From positions 22,400 through 86,399 of the forward strand of contig JAGHJS010000046.1 in assembly GCA_017886545.1 (NCBI GenBank): DNA of 64,000 nt. Reading direction: 5' to 3'. The notes beneath the pieces were generated by a model. It was not told the origin of the DNA. It made no database searches and saw only the letters and a program-made list of their open reading frames with translations. Every line of letters starts with the position of its first letter. Position 1 is the first letter of the stretch. Position numbers and translations under genes: made by a program. The DNA comes from Clostridia bacterium. GTDB taxonomy: Bacteria; Bacillota; Clostridia; Christensenellales; Borkfalkiaceae. This document shows positions 1-9,077 of the stretch, piece by piece.

Positions 1-1
1 A

Positions 2-541
2 AGCACGGTCAACGAAGTTTTACTGCTGCGCTATCTGCTCGCCCATACCGAGCAGACGGGCATGAAAAAATATCTGTACAATTACTTTTTGGATATGATC
101 AGAACGACGCTGCATCGGCAGACGATGTTTGCGGAATTTGAATACATTGCGCACGATAAGGCGGAAAAAGGGGAGCCGCTTACAAGCGAAAACCTCTGCG
201 AGGTCTATCTCGGTCTGAACAAGCAGTATTACGGCGATGCGATCGTACATGATGAGCAGATCGCTTACGAGTGGTCGCGGATACCGCATTTCTACACTTC
301 CTTTTATGTGTATAAGTATTCTACGGGGATCGTGAGCGCCATTTCGATCGCTGACCGTATCCTCCGCGAAGGGGAGAGCGCCGTAAAAGATTACAAGAAC
401 TTTTTGCGTTCGGGCGGCAGCGACGGTCCCGTCGAGCTGCTGAAGATCGCGGGCGTCGATCTGACAAAAAAAGATGCGTTCGAGGCGGCAATGCATGCTT
501 TTGAAGAAGCGCTGCGCCAGCTCGAAAAGCTGACCGCTTAG
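2..541 (+). CDS. pepF: Oligoendopeptidase F (M3B), C-terminal part; 5' end lies outside the window
   Basis: Frame is open from base 2 (STVNEVLL...). Contains EWSRIPHFYTSFYVYKYSTG and FLRSGGSD-P-ELLKIAGVD motifs typical of PepF. Confidence 0.9.
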   Translation, partial: STVNEVLLLRYLLAHTEQTGMKKYLYNYFLDMIRTTLHRQTMFAEFEYIAHDKAEKGEPLTSENLCEVYLGLNKQYYGDAIVHDEQIAYEWSRIPHFYTSFYVYKYSTGIVSAISIADRILREGESAVKDYKNFLRSGGSDGPVELLKIAGVDLTKKDAFEAAMHAFEEALRQLEKLTA

Positions 542-557
542 CGGGGCGGAGGCGGAT

Positions 558-2051
558 ATGCCAAAGACAAACGTTTTACCGAACAATCTGGAAGCCGAGC
601 AAGCGCTGCTCGGCTGTCTGCTCATTGATAACGAAACGCAGACGGAGCTGTTGGACCGCCTTTCGGAGGACGATTTTTACCAGGAATCGCATAAGCTGAT
701 CATCGGTGCGATGAAGGTCGTTTTCAACGCGCGAAAGCCGGTCGACGTCGTGACCCTGGCGGACGAACTCGAAAAGTCCGGTGCGCTTGAAAAAGCGGGC
801 GGCATGAAATATATCACGGAACTTGCGACCGCCACGCTGACCGTCGCCAATTACCGCACCTATCTCGACATCGTAAAGCGTGACAGCGTCAACCGCAGGC
901 TGATCCGCGCAGCGCAAAGCATCGCGGAAAATGCTTACACCGGGCCGGAAATTTCGGACGGCGTCGCGTACGCGGAAAAGTTGGTGTTCGATATTTCAAA
1001 ACAGACGGACTCTTCCGCTCTTGTCGATATGCGCGAGGACGACGCGTACGATAAGGTACTGAATAAATTCGAGGTCATTTCGACGGATAAAGATGCCATG
1101 CGCGGCGTAAACTCCGGCTTTACCAAGCTGGATAAGATGACGAACGGCTTTCAGAAGTCCGACCTCATTGTTTTGGCGGCGCGCCCCGGCGTCGGGAAAA
1201 CGACAATTGGGATGAACATTGTGGAGCATGCCGCGCTCGTCGAAAACAAGACCTGTGCCGTCTTCTCGCTGGAAATGCCGCGCGTGCAGCTTGCTCAGCG
1301 TCTTTTGTGCTCGTTTGCGCGCGTGAGCATGTCGAAAGCGCTTTCGGGCGAATTGTCGCAGTCCGATTGGAAAAAACTATGGAAAGCGCGTTCCGAGCTC
1401 GGCAAGGCGCGGATCTATATCGACGATTCTTCTCAGACGACCCCGTCGCAGATCCTTTCAAAATGCCGACGACTGAAAGCGCGCAAAGACGTGGGGCTGG
1501 ATCTGATCATGATCGACTATATCCAGCTCATGCGAAGCGGCGAAAAACGTCAGGAAGAAAACCGACAGCAAGAGATCGCATCCATCACGCGCAACCTGAA
1601 AATAATGGCGAAGGAGCTTGACGTGCCGGTATTGGCGCTTTCGCAGTTGCGCCGTATCAATTCCAAAGAAGAGCCGCAGCTGTCTGACTTGCGCGAGTCG
1701 GGCGCGATCGAGCAGGACGCGGATATCGTTATGTTCATTCACCGCCCCGATGTCGCGGCGACGGAAGAGGAGATAAAGAGCGGGAAAGTCGTCAAGGATA
1801 TGGCCGATCTCATAATCGCCAAACACAGAAACGGCGAAATGGGAAGGGTCAAACTTCGTTTCCGCGGCGACCAGGTCCGCTACGTCAACCCTCCTCCCGG
1901 ATTCGTTCCCGAGGATACGGCGCCTCCGCAGGAAACTGAGGAGAATGAAGATTATTTTTCGGAGGCGGTCGAGTCATTCATGCCCGACGGGACGGACAGG
2001 ACAGAATTTGACGATGAGGACCTTCCGTTTGATACGGAGGATGTGGAATGA
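558..2051 (+). CDS. dnaB: Replicative DNA helicase
   Basis: N-terminal P-N-EAEQALLG; Walker A AARPGVGKT; IDYIQL; LSQL; DLRESGAIEQDAD; AKHRNG. Confidence 0.97.
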   Translation: MPKTNVLPNNLEAEQALLGCLLIDNETQTELLDRLSEDDFYQESHKLIIGAMKVVFNARKPVDVVTLADELEKSGALEKAGGMKYITELATATLTVANYRTYLDIVKRDSVNRRLIRAAQSIAENAYTGPEISDGVAYAEKLVFDISKQTDSSALVDMREDDAYDKVLNKFEVISTDKDAMRGVNSGFTKLDKMTNGFQKSDLIVLAARPGVGKTTIGMNIVEHAALVENKTCAVFSLEMPRVQLAQRLLCSFARVSMSKALSGELSQSDWKKLWKARSELGKARIYIDDSSQTTPSQILSKCRRLKARKDVGLDLIMIDYIQLMRSGEKRQEENRQQEIASITRNLKIMAKELDVPVLALSQLRRINSKEEPQLSDLRESGAIEQDADIVMFIHRPDVAATEEEIKSGKVVKDMADLIIAKHRNGEMGRVKLRFRGDQVRYVNPPPGFVPEDTAPPQETEENEDYFSEAVESFMPDGTDRTEFDDEDLPFDTEDVE

Positions 2052-3046
2052 CAACGCATATCTGCCCGATCACCGAAACTTCTTTGGAAGAAGCAAAACA
2101 GATCCTGCTTCGCGGAGGCACGGTTGCTTTTCCGACCGAAACGGTGTACGGGTTAGGTGCGGACGCACGCTCGGACGAGGCGGTCCGCAGCATCTACGCG
2201 ATCAAAGGCAGGCCGTCGGATAATCCGCTCATCGTGCATGTACACAAAGATTATGCTTTGAACAGCCTTGTTTTTGACGATATGCCGTATGCAAAAAAAT
2301 TGCGTGACGCATTTTTGCCCGGTCCGCTGACACTCGTCTACAGGAGCAAAGGGGCTGTCAGCAAAATCGTTTCCTGCGGGTTAGACACCTTGGCTGTCCG
2401 CGTCCCGCAGCACGAAGGAGCGCAGCGGTTCCTTCGCTATGTCGATCTACCTGTAGCGGCGCCTTCGGCAAACCGGTCCAAACATATCAGCCCCGTTACG
2501 GCGCAGCACGTCTATGGCGACCTTGCAGGATCGGTACCGCTTATCCTGGACGGCGGCGCATGTTCCGGCGGTATTGAGAGTACTGTGTGTGACGTAACCG
2601 GCCCATATCCCGTTATTCTGCGGGAAGGGCTCGTGACCCGCGAGCAGATCGAAAGGGTTGCGGGGCGTTGCGACGTGTATCATTCCCGTGAGGGCGAACA
2701 GGTCCGTTCGCCGGGAATGAAGTATAAACACTATGCGCCGCATTGCAGGACTGTGCTGTTTGCGCCTGATGAATTGGAACGTGCCGTTTCATACTTTTCG
2801 GATCGTGAAAAGAACGGCGAACGCGTTTTGGCACTGTGTGAGCATGCCGTCCTGCAAAATTTCCCGAAAGGTAAGGCGCTGGATCTCGGTAAGAACGGGG
2901 AAGAGTTTGCGGCAAATCTGTATGTGCTTCTGCATGAAGCGGAGGAGCGCTGCGATGAACTGATCGCCGTCGAACCCGCCGAGCGCGGAGGCGTCATGGC
3001 CGGGGTGCTGAACAGATTGCGTAAAGCCTGCGGAGCGAAACAATGA
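2048..3046 (+). CDS. sua5: L-threonylcarbamoyladenylate synthase (Sua5/YwlC)
   Basis: VAFPTETVYGLGA, KGRPSDNPLIVH, APSANRS, GIEST and SPGMKYKHYAP motifs. Confidence 0.95.
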   Translation: MTTHICPITETSLEEAKQILLRGGTVAFPTETVYGLGADARSDEAVRSIYAIKGRPSDNPLIVHVHKDYALNSLVFDDMPYAKKLRDAFLPGPLTLVYRSKGAVSKIVSCGLDTLAVRVPQHEGAQRFLRYVDLPVAAPSANRSKHISPVTAQHVYGDLAGSVPLILDGGACSGGIESTVCDVTGPYPVILREGLVTREQIERVAGRCDVYHSREGEQVRSPGMKYKHYAPHCRTVLFAPDELERAVSYFSDREKNGERVLALCEHAVLQNFPKGKALDLGKNGEEFAANLYVLLHEAEERCDELIAVEPAERGGVMAGVLNRLRKACGAKQ

Positions 3047-3528
3047 AACGCAAAAGAGTTCTATTTGTCTGTACGGGGAATACCTGCCGCAGCCCGATGG
3101 CGGAGCATATTTTCCGCAGCGAGATCAAAAAACGAAAAATCAAATTCGTAGACGCCGCTTCGGCAGGGTTCTTCGCCAAAGGCAACACGTCGATCAACGA
3201 AAAAAGCGCCGCCTGCCTGGCTGCGCGCGGGATCGATTGCTCAAAATTTGTACCGCGCCAGCTTAAAAATAAGATGGTCGAAACAAGTTTCCTTGTCGTA
3301 TGCATGACCCCGGAGCAAAAAGAACTTTTGGGAGAATCAAAAAATGTGTGCTGCGTCCATGACCTGACGGGGTTTGACGTCCCCGATCCGTATGGCGGCA
3401 GTGCCGCGCTGTACGAACAGACGGCAAAATTGTTGGAAGCAACGGCGGAGGCGATCATCCGTAAATACTTTGCGGAAAGCGGTTCAGCTGTTCAGAATAA
3501 ACAGACAAAAAAGGGGGATAAACAATGA
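3043..3528 (+). CDS. Low-molecular-weight protein arginine/tyrosine phosphatase (YwlE-like)
   Basis: P-loop FVCTGNTCRSPMAE and DVPDPYGG; sits between sua5 and rpiB as in Bacillus ywlC-ywlE-ywlF. Confidence 0.9.
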   Translation: MKRKRVLFVCTGNTCRSPMAEHIFRSEIKKRKIKFVDAASAGFFAKGNTSINEKSAACLAARGIDCSKFVPRQLKNKMVETSFLVVCMTPEQKELLGESKNVCCVHDLTGFDVPDPYGGSAALYEQTAKLLEATAEAIIRKYFAESGSAVQNKQTKKGDKQ

Positions 3529-3974
3529 AAATAGCGGTTGCGTGCGATCACGGCGGGTTGATCCTCAAAACAGCTTTGCTCCGTTATCTTGCCGATAACG
3601 GATATGAGGCGGTCGACTTCGGTACAGACTGTGCCGACAGCTGCGACTATCCTGATTACGCGCTGCCTGCCGCGGAAGCGGTCGCGACAGGTGCATGCGA
3701 AAGGGGCATCCTTATATGCAGCACGGGGATCGGCATTTCGATAGCGGCAAATAAAGTCCGCGGGATCCGCTGCGCGCATTGCCACGATACATATTCCGCA
3801 AAGTATACGCGGCTCCATAACGATGCAAACATGCTGGCTTTCGGTCAGAAAATCATCGGAGAAGGGTTGATGCTGGAAATAGTGGAAACCTTTCTGAAAA
3901 CTCCTTTCGAAGGCGGACGTCATCAGCGCCGCGTGGATAAGATCGCGGCAATTGAGGAAAAATACTTTAAGTAA
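3525..3974 (+). CDS. rpiB: Ribose-5-phosphate isomerase B
   Basis: ACDHGG, DYPDYA, CSTGIGISIAANK, HNDAN and FEGGRHQRR motifs. Confidence 0.95.
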   Translation: MKIAVACDHGGLILKTALLRYLADNGYEAVDFGTDCADSCDYPDYALPAAEAVATGACERGILICSTGIGISIAANKVRGIRCAHCHDTYSAKYTRLHNDANMLAFGQKIIGEGLMLEIVETFLKTPFEGGRHQRRVDKIAAIEEKYFK

Positions 3975-4000
3975 GAAAATTTACGGGAGGCTTTGCAAAC

Positions 4001-4897
4001 ATGGCTAAAAAAGTAACGAAGGCGGTTATACCTGCGGCAGGGTTCGGAACGCGTTTTTTACCTGTGACAAAATCAGTCTGCAAGGAGATGCTGCCTATTG
4101 TCGATAAGCCGACCATCCAATATATTGTTGAAGAAGCTGTTGCGGCGGGGATCAAAGACATCCTGATCGTGACAGGAAAAAATAAAAAAATACTGGAAGA
4201 TTATTTCGACAGCGCGCCGGAATTGGAAAGCTTGCTGGAACAGGACAAAAAAGAAGATCTGCTGCGGCTTTGCCGCAGTACGGAGGGGATGGCGAACATT
4301 CATTATGTGCGCCAAAGCCATGCTACGGGTTTTGCCGATGCCATCATGCTCGCAAAAACGTTTACGGGAGACGATCCCTTTGCGATACTCCTTGGCGATG
4401 ATATTATTTATACGCCGAACGATGTTCGCCCCGGGATCGGGCAGCTTGTCGATTGTTTTGAAGAAACGGGCAATCCTACGGTTGCCGTTATGGAAGTGCC
4501 TGACGCCGATATCCCGAAATATGCCAACATCAAAGGGGAATCGATCGGGAAAAACCGCTATGCTATCGAAAAGATCGTCGAAAAACCCGCCGTTAAGGAT
4601 AAATTTTCAAACCGTGCGGTCATTGGCAGATACGTTGTGGACAGCGACATCTACGACGTGATCCGCAGTACGCCGCCTTCCAGAAGCGGCGAAGTTTACT
4701 TTACGGATGCGCTCGGGTTGCTTGCAAAGCAAAACAGGTTGGTCGGATGCGTTTTTGAAGGAAAGCGCTACGATGCCGGGAATAAACAGGAATATCTGGA
4801 AGCCAATATCGAATATGCCTTGCGGAGCAAGGAACTTGGTGACAGCATGCGCTCTTACATTTTAAATCTCTCCAAAACACTGGAGGAGAAAAAGTGA
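4001..4897 (+). CDS. galU: UTP--glucose-1-phosphate uridylyltransferase
   Basis: KAVIPAAGFGTRFLP-TK, KEMLPIVDKPTIQY, LLGDD and VEKP motifs. Confidence 0.93.
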   Translation: MAKKVTKAVIPAAGFGTRFLPVTKSVCKEMLPIVDKPTIQYIVEEAVAAGIKDILIVTGKNKKILEDYFDSAPELESLLEQDKKEDLLRLCRSTEGMANIHYVRQSHATGFADAIMLAKTFTGDDPFAILLGDDIIYTPNDVRPGIGQLVDCFEETGNPTVAVMEVPDADIPKYANIKGESIGKNRYAIEKIVEKPAVKDKFSNRAVIGRYVVDSDIYDVIRSTPPSRSGEVYFTDALGLLAKQNRLVGCVFEGKRYDAGNKQEYLEANIEYALRSKELGDSMRSYILNLSKTLEEKK

Positions 4898-6180
4898 AAC
4901 TTCGCCTGTATAACGCGATCCTTTTGCGCAGCGCCGATGAGCCGTTGTGCAGCGGTGAATTACGCGTCGACGGCGGAATTATCGTCGGGGTCGGCGCCCC
5001 CGATAAGCAGTTTCACGCCGATAAAGAGATCGACTGCGGCGGAAACCTTTTGATGAGCGGATTCTGCAATGCGCATACGCACGCCGCAATGAGTCTGTTC
5101 CGCGGGATCGCCGACGATCTTCCTTTGGATAAATGGCTGTTCGACCGGGTTTTCCCCATGGAAGAGCATCTGACGGAAGAAGACATCTATTGGGGAACGA
5201 TGCTGCAGGTCGCTGAATTTGTACGCAGCGGGATCACCTGTTTCGCGGATATGTACTTTTTTATCGATGCCGTGCATGCAGCCGCTAAAAACGCGAATCT
5301 CTGTCTCGCTCTCTGCTGCGGCTCGAATTCATACTCGGATTACGATATTATTGAATTTCTGCAAAAAAACTACCATAAATACAGTACTCTGTCAGACAGA
5401 GTTCGCTATTTCCCTGGTCTTCATGCGGAATATACCTGCGATGAGAAACTGATCGCAGATGTTGCCGATTTTGCCGCCGAGAGCGGCGCCAAGACCTATA
5501 TTCATTTATCCGAGACCCTTAAAGAAGTCGGCGAGTGTACGGTTCGGCACGGAGGGCTTACCCCGCCGCAATATCTCCATAAACTTGGTTTTTTCGATAA
5601 CGGAGGATTGGCGGCGCATTGTACATATGCCGATAAAGACGACATCGCGCTTTTGAAGCAGTGCGGCGTGACCCCCGTTATCAACGGCGGAAGCAATTTG
5701 AAACTTGCCTCCGGGGTCGCACCGGTCGCGGCAATGCTTTCGGCAGGGCTTGCGCCGGCATTGGGGACGGACGGCTCGGCGAGCAACAATGCAACGTCGC
5801 CCTTCCGGGAAATGTATTTGTACTCCTGCCTCCAGAAAGAAGCGCTGAAAGATGCCGCGGCGGTTCCCGCTGAAGAAGCGATCCGCGCCGCGACGGAGAC
5901 AGGGTATACCGCTCTCGGGTTCGGCGGAGGAACGCTGCGCAAAGGAAACTTTGCGGATGCAGTGCTTATCGATCTTGCGGCGCCGAACATGCATCCCGCG
6001 TCTGATTTGCGCAAGAATCTCGTTTTCAGCGCCGATGTTTCAAATGTGCTGATGACGGTGGCGGGCGGAAAGATCGTCTATGACCGCGGGCGCTACGATA
6101 TCGGAGAATCGCTTGACGATATTTATTCGCAATGCGAAAAGAGGAGAGACCGTCTGCGCCGTCAGGCAGCGTTTGTTTAA
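4894..6180 (+). CDS. Amidohydrolase, MTA/SAH deaminase (MtaD)-like
   Basis: NAHTH metal motif, HLSET, SNLKLASG and LGTDGSASNN. Confidence 0.8.
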   Translation: MKLRLYNAILLRSADEPLCSGELRVDGGIIVGVGAPDKQFHADKEIDCGGNLLMSGFCNAHTHAAMSLFRGIADDLPLDKWLFDRVFPMEEHLTEEDIYWGTMLQVAEFVRSGITCFADMYFFIDAVHAAAKNANLCLALCCGSNSYSDYDIIEFLQKNYHKYSTLSDRVRYFPGLHAEYTCDEKLIADVADFAAESGAKTYIHLSETLKEVGECTVRHGGLTPPQYLHKLGFFDNGGLAAHCTYADKDDIALLKQCGVTPVINGGSNLKLASGVAPVAAMLSAGLAPALGTDGSASNNATSPFREMYLYSCLQKEALKDAAAVPAEEAIRAATETGYTALGFGGGTLRKGNFADAVLIDLAAPNMHPASDLRKNLVFSADVSNVLMTVAGGKIVYDRGRYDIGESLDDIYSQCEKRRDRLRRQAAFV

Positions 6181-6223
6181 AGGAAAGATCTCCGTTTCTT
6201 TCGGACGCCAATGAGGTTATGCT

Positions 6224-7114
6224 ATGTGGGACACGATAAAAGATATTGCAACTGAATTCGTCAACAATACAGGGCTTTCCATTGTAAGGGCGATCGCCTT
6301 TTTTGTCCTTGGGCTGATCGTTGTAAAGATCGTACGGATGATCTTACAGACCGTATTGTTCAAAAGCCGTCTCGACGGTGCGGCCGCAACATTTGTCATT
6401 TCGATCGTAACGATCGTCTTATATGTTGCGCTCGTCATTGTCCTTGTTTCGACGCTCGGCTTTTCGACGGCAAGCATCATCGCCGCTTTTTCTGCAGTAG
6501 CTCTCGCCGTTATCCTTGCTTTGAAAGACAGCCTTTCCAGCCTCGCGAACGGGATCATTATTATATTTACCAAGCCGTTTAAAAAAGGGGATTATGTTAA
6601 GATCGGGGATAAAGACGGTCTCGTGCAGGACATCCGCCTTTTCAACACGAAAATATTGACTTACAGCAACGAAGAGATCATCATTCCGAACAGCGATATT
6701 CTTACCACGGATGTAGTCAATTACAGTACGATGCCGCTGCGCAGGATCGTTTTCAGCCTTCCTGTCCCGTATACGGCGGATATTTCTGAAGTAAAAAAAG
6801 TCGTCCTGGAAAGCATCGGTTCGTATAAATATGTCGTACAGACGCCTGCTCCCTCTGTCGTTCTTGAAGACTTCGGCGAAAGCACCTTCAAGTTTTCCGT
6901 GCGGGCATGGGCGCCGAACGAAAATTACTGGGACACGTTTTACGATCTGCGGGAGATCGTATACAACGCGCTTCGTGAGCGCGGAATGGAAACGCCGTAT
7001 AACAGGTTGGAGATCAGCCTTGCCTCGCCTGACAGCACTGACGCCGTTCCGGCTGCCGTACAGCATGCCGCCGCATACGGTAAAAATAAAAATGAGGAGG
7101 ATGCAAATCAATGA
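6224..7114 (+). CDS. mscS: Small-conductance mechanosensitive channel (MscS family)
   Basis: Three N-terminal hydrophobic segments; KPFKKGDYV and IIIPNS motifs. Confidence 0.88.
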   Translation: MWDTIKDIATEFVNNTGLSIVRAIAFFVLGLIVVKIVRMILQTVLFKSRLDGAAATFVISIVTIVLYVALVIVLVSTLGFSTASIIAAFSAVALAVILALKDSLSSLANGIIIIFTKPFKKGDYVKIGDKDGLVQDIRLFNTKILTYSNEEIIIPNSDILTTDVVNYSTMPLRRIVFSLPVPYTADISEVKKVVLESIGSYKYVVQTPAPSVVLEDFGESTFKFSVRAWAPNENYWDTFYDLREIVYNALRERGMETPYNRLEISLASPDSTDAVPAAVQHAAAYGKNKNEEDANQ

Positions 7115-7584
7115 ATCTGCCCATCCTCTATGAATATCTGATCTATGCCGCAATTATTGTGGTCGGGATCGTCATACTCATTTTGCTGCGCCGGGTAAGC
7201 AAGCTCCCTACGCACCGTAAACTGAACGAACAGTTGCGGGCGCATCAGCAAAATATGGAGCAGACGCTCGAAACGCTGCGCGGCGGTGGAAATAAAAAGA
7301 CGCTCCGCTTTTTCAAAACTGTTTCGAAGTTACTGTACGCTACGGATAAACTGATCCATTCCTCGTCGGCACTCGCCAGAAAAGAGCGCGATACGGATAT
7401 TGACAACGTATCCGTCTTACTGGAAAAAGTGCGCAACAATTTGCTCCCTTATAAATACGGTAAAAAGGAAAAGGATGATCTTGCGGGAATGGAGCAGGCC
7501 TTGCGCGAATTACGCGGTGCCGTCGCCGTCATGCAGAGCGTATTGGCCCGAGACGATCTATTAAATGCAAGGAGCGCAAAATAA
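7111..7584 (+). CDS. Hypothetical protein with N-terminal membrane anchor
   Basis: Overlaps the mscS stop (ATGA), has GAGGAGG upstream, one hydrophobic helix followed by a helical region. Confidence 0.65.
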   Translation: MNLPILYEYLIYAAIIVVGIVILILLRRVSKLPTHRKLNEQLRAHQQNMEQTLETLRGGGNKKTLRFFKTVSKLLYATDKLIHSSSALARKERDTDIDNVSVLLEKVRNNLLPYKYGKKEKDDLAGMEQALRELRGAVAVMQSVLARDDLLNARSAK

Positions 7585-7588
7585 CACG

Positions 7589-8308
7589 ATGGATAAGACG
7601 CTGATCCTGATCGGCGGCGGAGAACTCAGAAAAAAAGAAACGCTGAAAATCGACGCGTACATTGCCGAAACGGCAAAAAAACGTGCGGGGGATCGCCGCG
7701 CCTGCGGCTTGTTTATCCCGACGGCAAGCCATGACAGTATGCCGTATTTCAATAGTTTCCGCAAGACGTACACGTCCGTATTTGATATCAAAGCGGACGT
7801 TGCACTCTCCGTCTACGGGGAAATGAACTTTGAAAAATGGCAGGAAAAATTTGCCAAGGCAGACTTCATTTATGTCGGCGGCGGCGATACGCTGTTCATG
7901 CTCGATCATTGGAAAAAAACGGGGATGCTTACGCTCATACAGGACGCCTATGAACGGGGCGTTCCTGTCTGCGGTCTGTCCGCAGGGGCGATCTGCTGGT
8001 TCCGAACGATGTATACCGATTCGCCCGAGGCGGTCAGAGACGGGCAAGATGTGCCGTATGCGCTCTTCCCCGGATTAAATTGGATAAAAGATACAATTTC
8101 TCCGCATTATAACCTTCGAGCGCTTGACTTTGACGAAATTATTTCGTATAATAGACAAGACGCTATCGGGTTGGAAGACAATGCAGCCATCGAGCTTATA
8201 AACGGCGTGACCGTTCGTTCGCTCAGCGGAGGCGGGCACGCATACAGATTGCACGTATGCGGCGAAAAGCTTGAAAAGTCGATCATCCGACCGGAGCTCG
8301 TTCTTTAA
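7589..8308 (+). CDS. Peptidase S51 family (dipeptidase E / cyanophycinase-like)
   Basis: FIPTAS, IYVGGGDT, nucleophile GLSAGA and PHY motifs. Start could be at 7565 or 7589. Confidence 0.85.
   Translation: MDKTLILIGGGELRKKETLKIDAYIAETAKKRAGDRRACGLFIPTASHDSMPYFNSFRKTYTSVFDIKADVALSVYGEMNFEKWQEKFAKADFIYVGGGDTLFMLDHWKKTGMLTLIQDAYERGVPVCGLSAGAICWFRTMYTDSPEAVRDGQDVPYALFPGLNWIKDTISPHYNLRALDFDEIISYNRQDAIGLEDNAAIELINGVTVRSLSGGGHAYRLHVCGEKLEKSIIRPELVL
8124..8152 (+). promoter_or_regulatory. Sigma-A promoter inside the peptidase CDS, probably driving the tRNA pair
   Basis: TTGACT-17 nt-TATAAT, about 175 bp upstream of tRNA-Leu. Confidence 0.6.
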
Positions 8309-8326
8309 CGGGTGCGGCGTTTAAAT

Positions 8327-8413
8327 GCGAGTGTGGTGGAATTGGCAGACGCGCTAGATTCAGGTTCTAGTGGGAGCGATCCCGTGCAGGTTCAACTCCT
8401 GTCACTCGCACCA
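8327..8413 (+). tRNA. tRNA-Leu (CAG)
   Basis: Acceptor stem GCGAGTG/CACTCGC; anticodon arm CTAGA-TT CAG GT-TCTAG; long variable arm; GTTCAA T-loop; encoded CCA. Confidence 0.96.
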
Positions 8414-8490
8414 GGAGGCATAGCTCAGTTGGTTAGAGCGCTCGCTTCACATGCGAGAGGTCGTAGGTTCGAGTCCTACTGTCTCTACCA
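8414..8490 (+). tRNA. tRNA-Val (CAC)
   Basis: GGAGGCA...TGTCTCT-ACCA; D arm TAGCTCAGTTGGTTAGAGC; anticodon arm CTCGC-TT CAC AT-GCGAG; GTTCGAG. Confidence 0.95.
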
Positions 8491-8529
8491 AAAGCGGAAA
8501 CCGCAAAATATTGTGGTATCCGCTTTTTT
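8491..8529 (+). terminator. Intrinsic terminator after the tRNAs
   Basis: AAAGCGGA...TCCGCTTTTTT hairpin plus U-tract. Confidence 0.7.
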
Positions 8530-8592
8530 GTTTTCAAAATATACATAAGATATAGTATATCAGCAAAAGCGGGCACGATTCAGGAACAAAAA

Positions 8593-8808
8593 TTACAGTT
8601 CGATCTCAATTTTATCCAGTAAATCCCTTTGGTCGGAAGGGAAAAGGTGCCCGTATGTTTTGAAGATCATCTCGATCGTATCGCCCGGGCGGGCGGCTAT
8701 CGCATGGATCGTCGAAAGTCCGTTGTTTCCTTTGTTGATGAGCAAGGAAGCATTCGAATGCCGCAGGTCATGGATCCGTATACATTGACGAAGGAAAAAA
8801 GGATAACT
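8593..8808 (-). pseudogene. C-terminal remnant of a tyrosine (phage/ICE) integrase
   Basis: My minus-strand translation: ...RQCIRIHDLRHSNASLLINKGNNGLSTIHAIAARPGDTIEMIFKTYGHLFPSDQRDLLDKIEIEL*. It has the HDLRH box and catalytic Tyr (TYGH), no start codon, and an in-frame TAA directly upstream. Confidence 0.85.
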
Positions 8809-8889
8809 TTATAGAAGGCGGACAGGTCTCTCTTCCCTTTGTTTTTCTGTCGAACAGAAAAATTATTGTGCACGGATCTTTGTTTCCTG

Positions 8890-8933
8890 AAAAAAAAGAG
8901 CGCGTTCTTTACAGAACAAGGCGCTCTTTTTTT
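8890..8933. terminator. Bidirectional-type terminator upstream of the BMC promoter
   Basis: A-tract, GAGCGC...GCGCTC stem, T-tract. Confidence 0.65.
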
Positions 8934-9014
8934 GTACTGATGATACAACGCCGCCAAAACCAACAAAAGACAACAAAAAGTTTTTATAAAACCACAAAAT
9001 ATTATCACAATATA

Positions 9015-9043
9015 TTGACAGTTCTGTTGAGTTGTGCTATAAT
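9015..9043 (+). promoter_or_regulatory. Sigma-A promoter P1 of the BMC locus
   Basis: Perfect TTGACA-17 nt-TATAAT with TGn extension. Confidence 0.85.
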
Positions 9044-9077
9044 CGTGATGATAAAGTTGATTCACGGAGGAAAGGAG

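Noticed and set aside
8629-8814. Plus-strand 61-aa ORF
   Set aside because: Antisense shadow of the integrase remnant.
8868-9077. 70-aa N-terminal extension of the GRE in the ORF track (similar over-long starts at 13067, 14058, 21379, 25169 and 61094)
   Set aside because: These run through promoters, terminators or neighbouring genes; downstream ATGs fit family N-termini and mostly have a clear SD.
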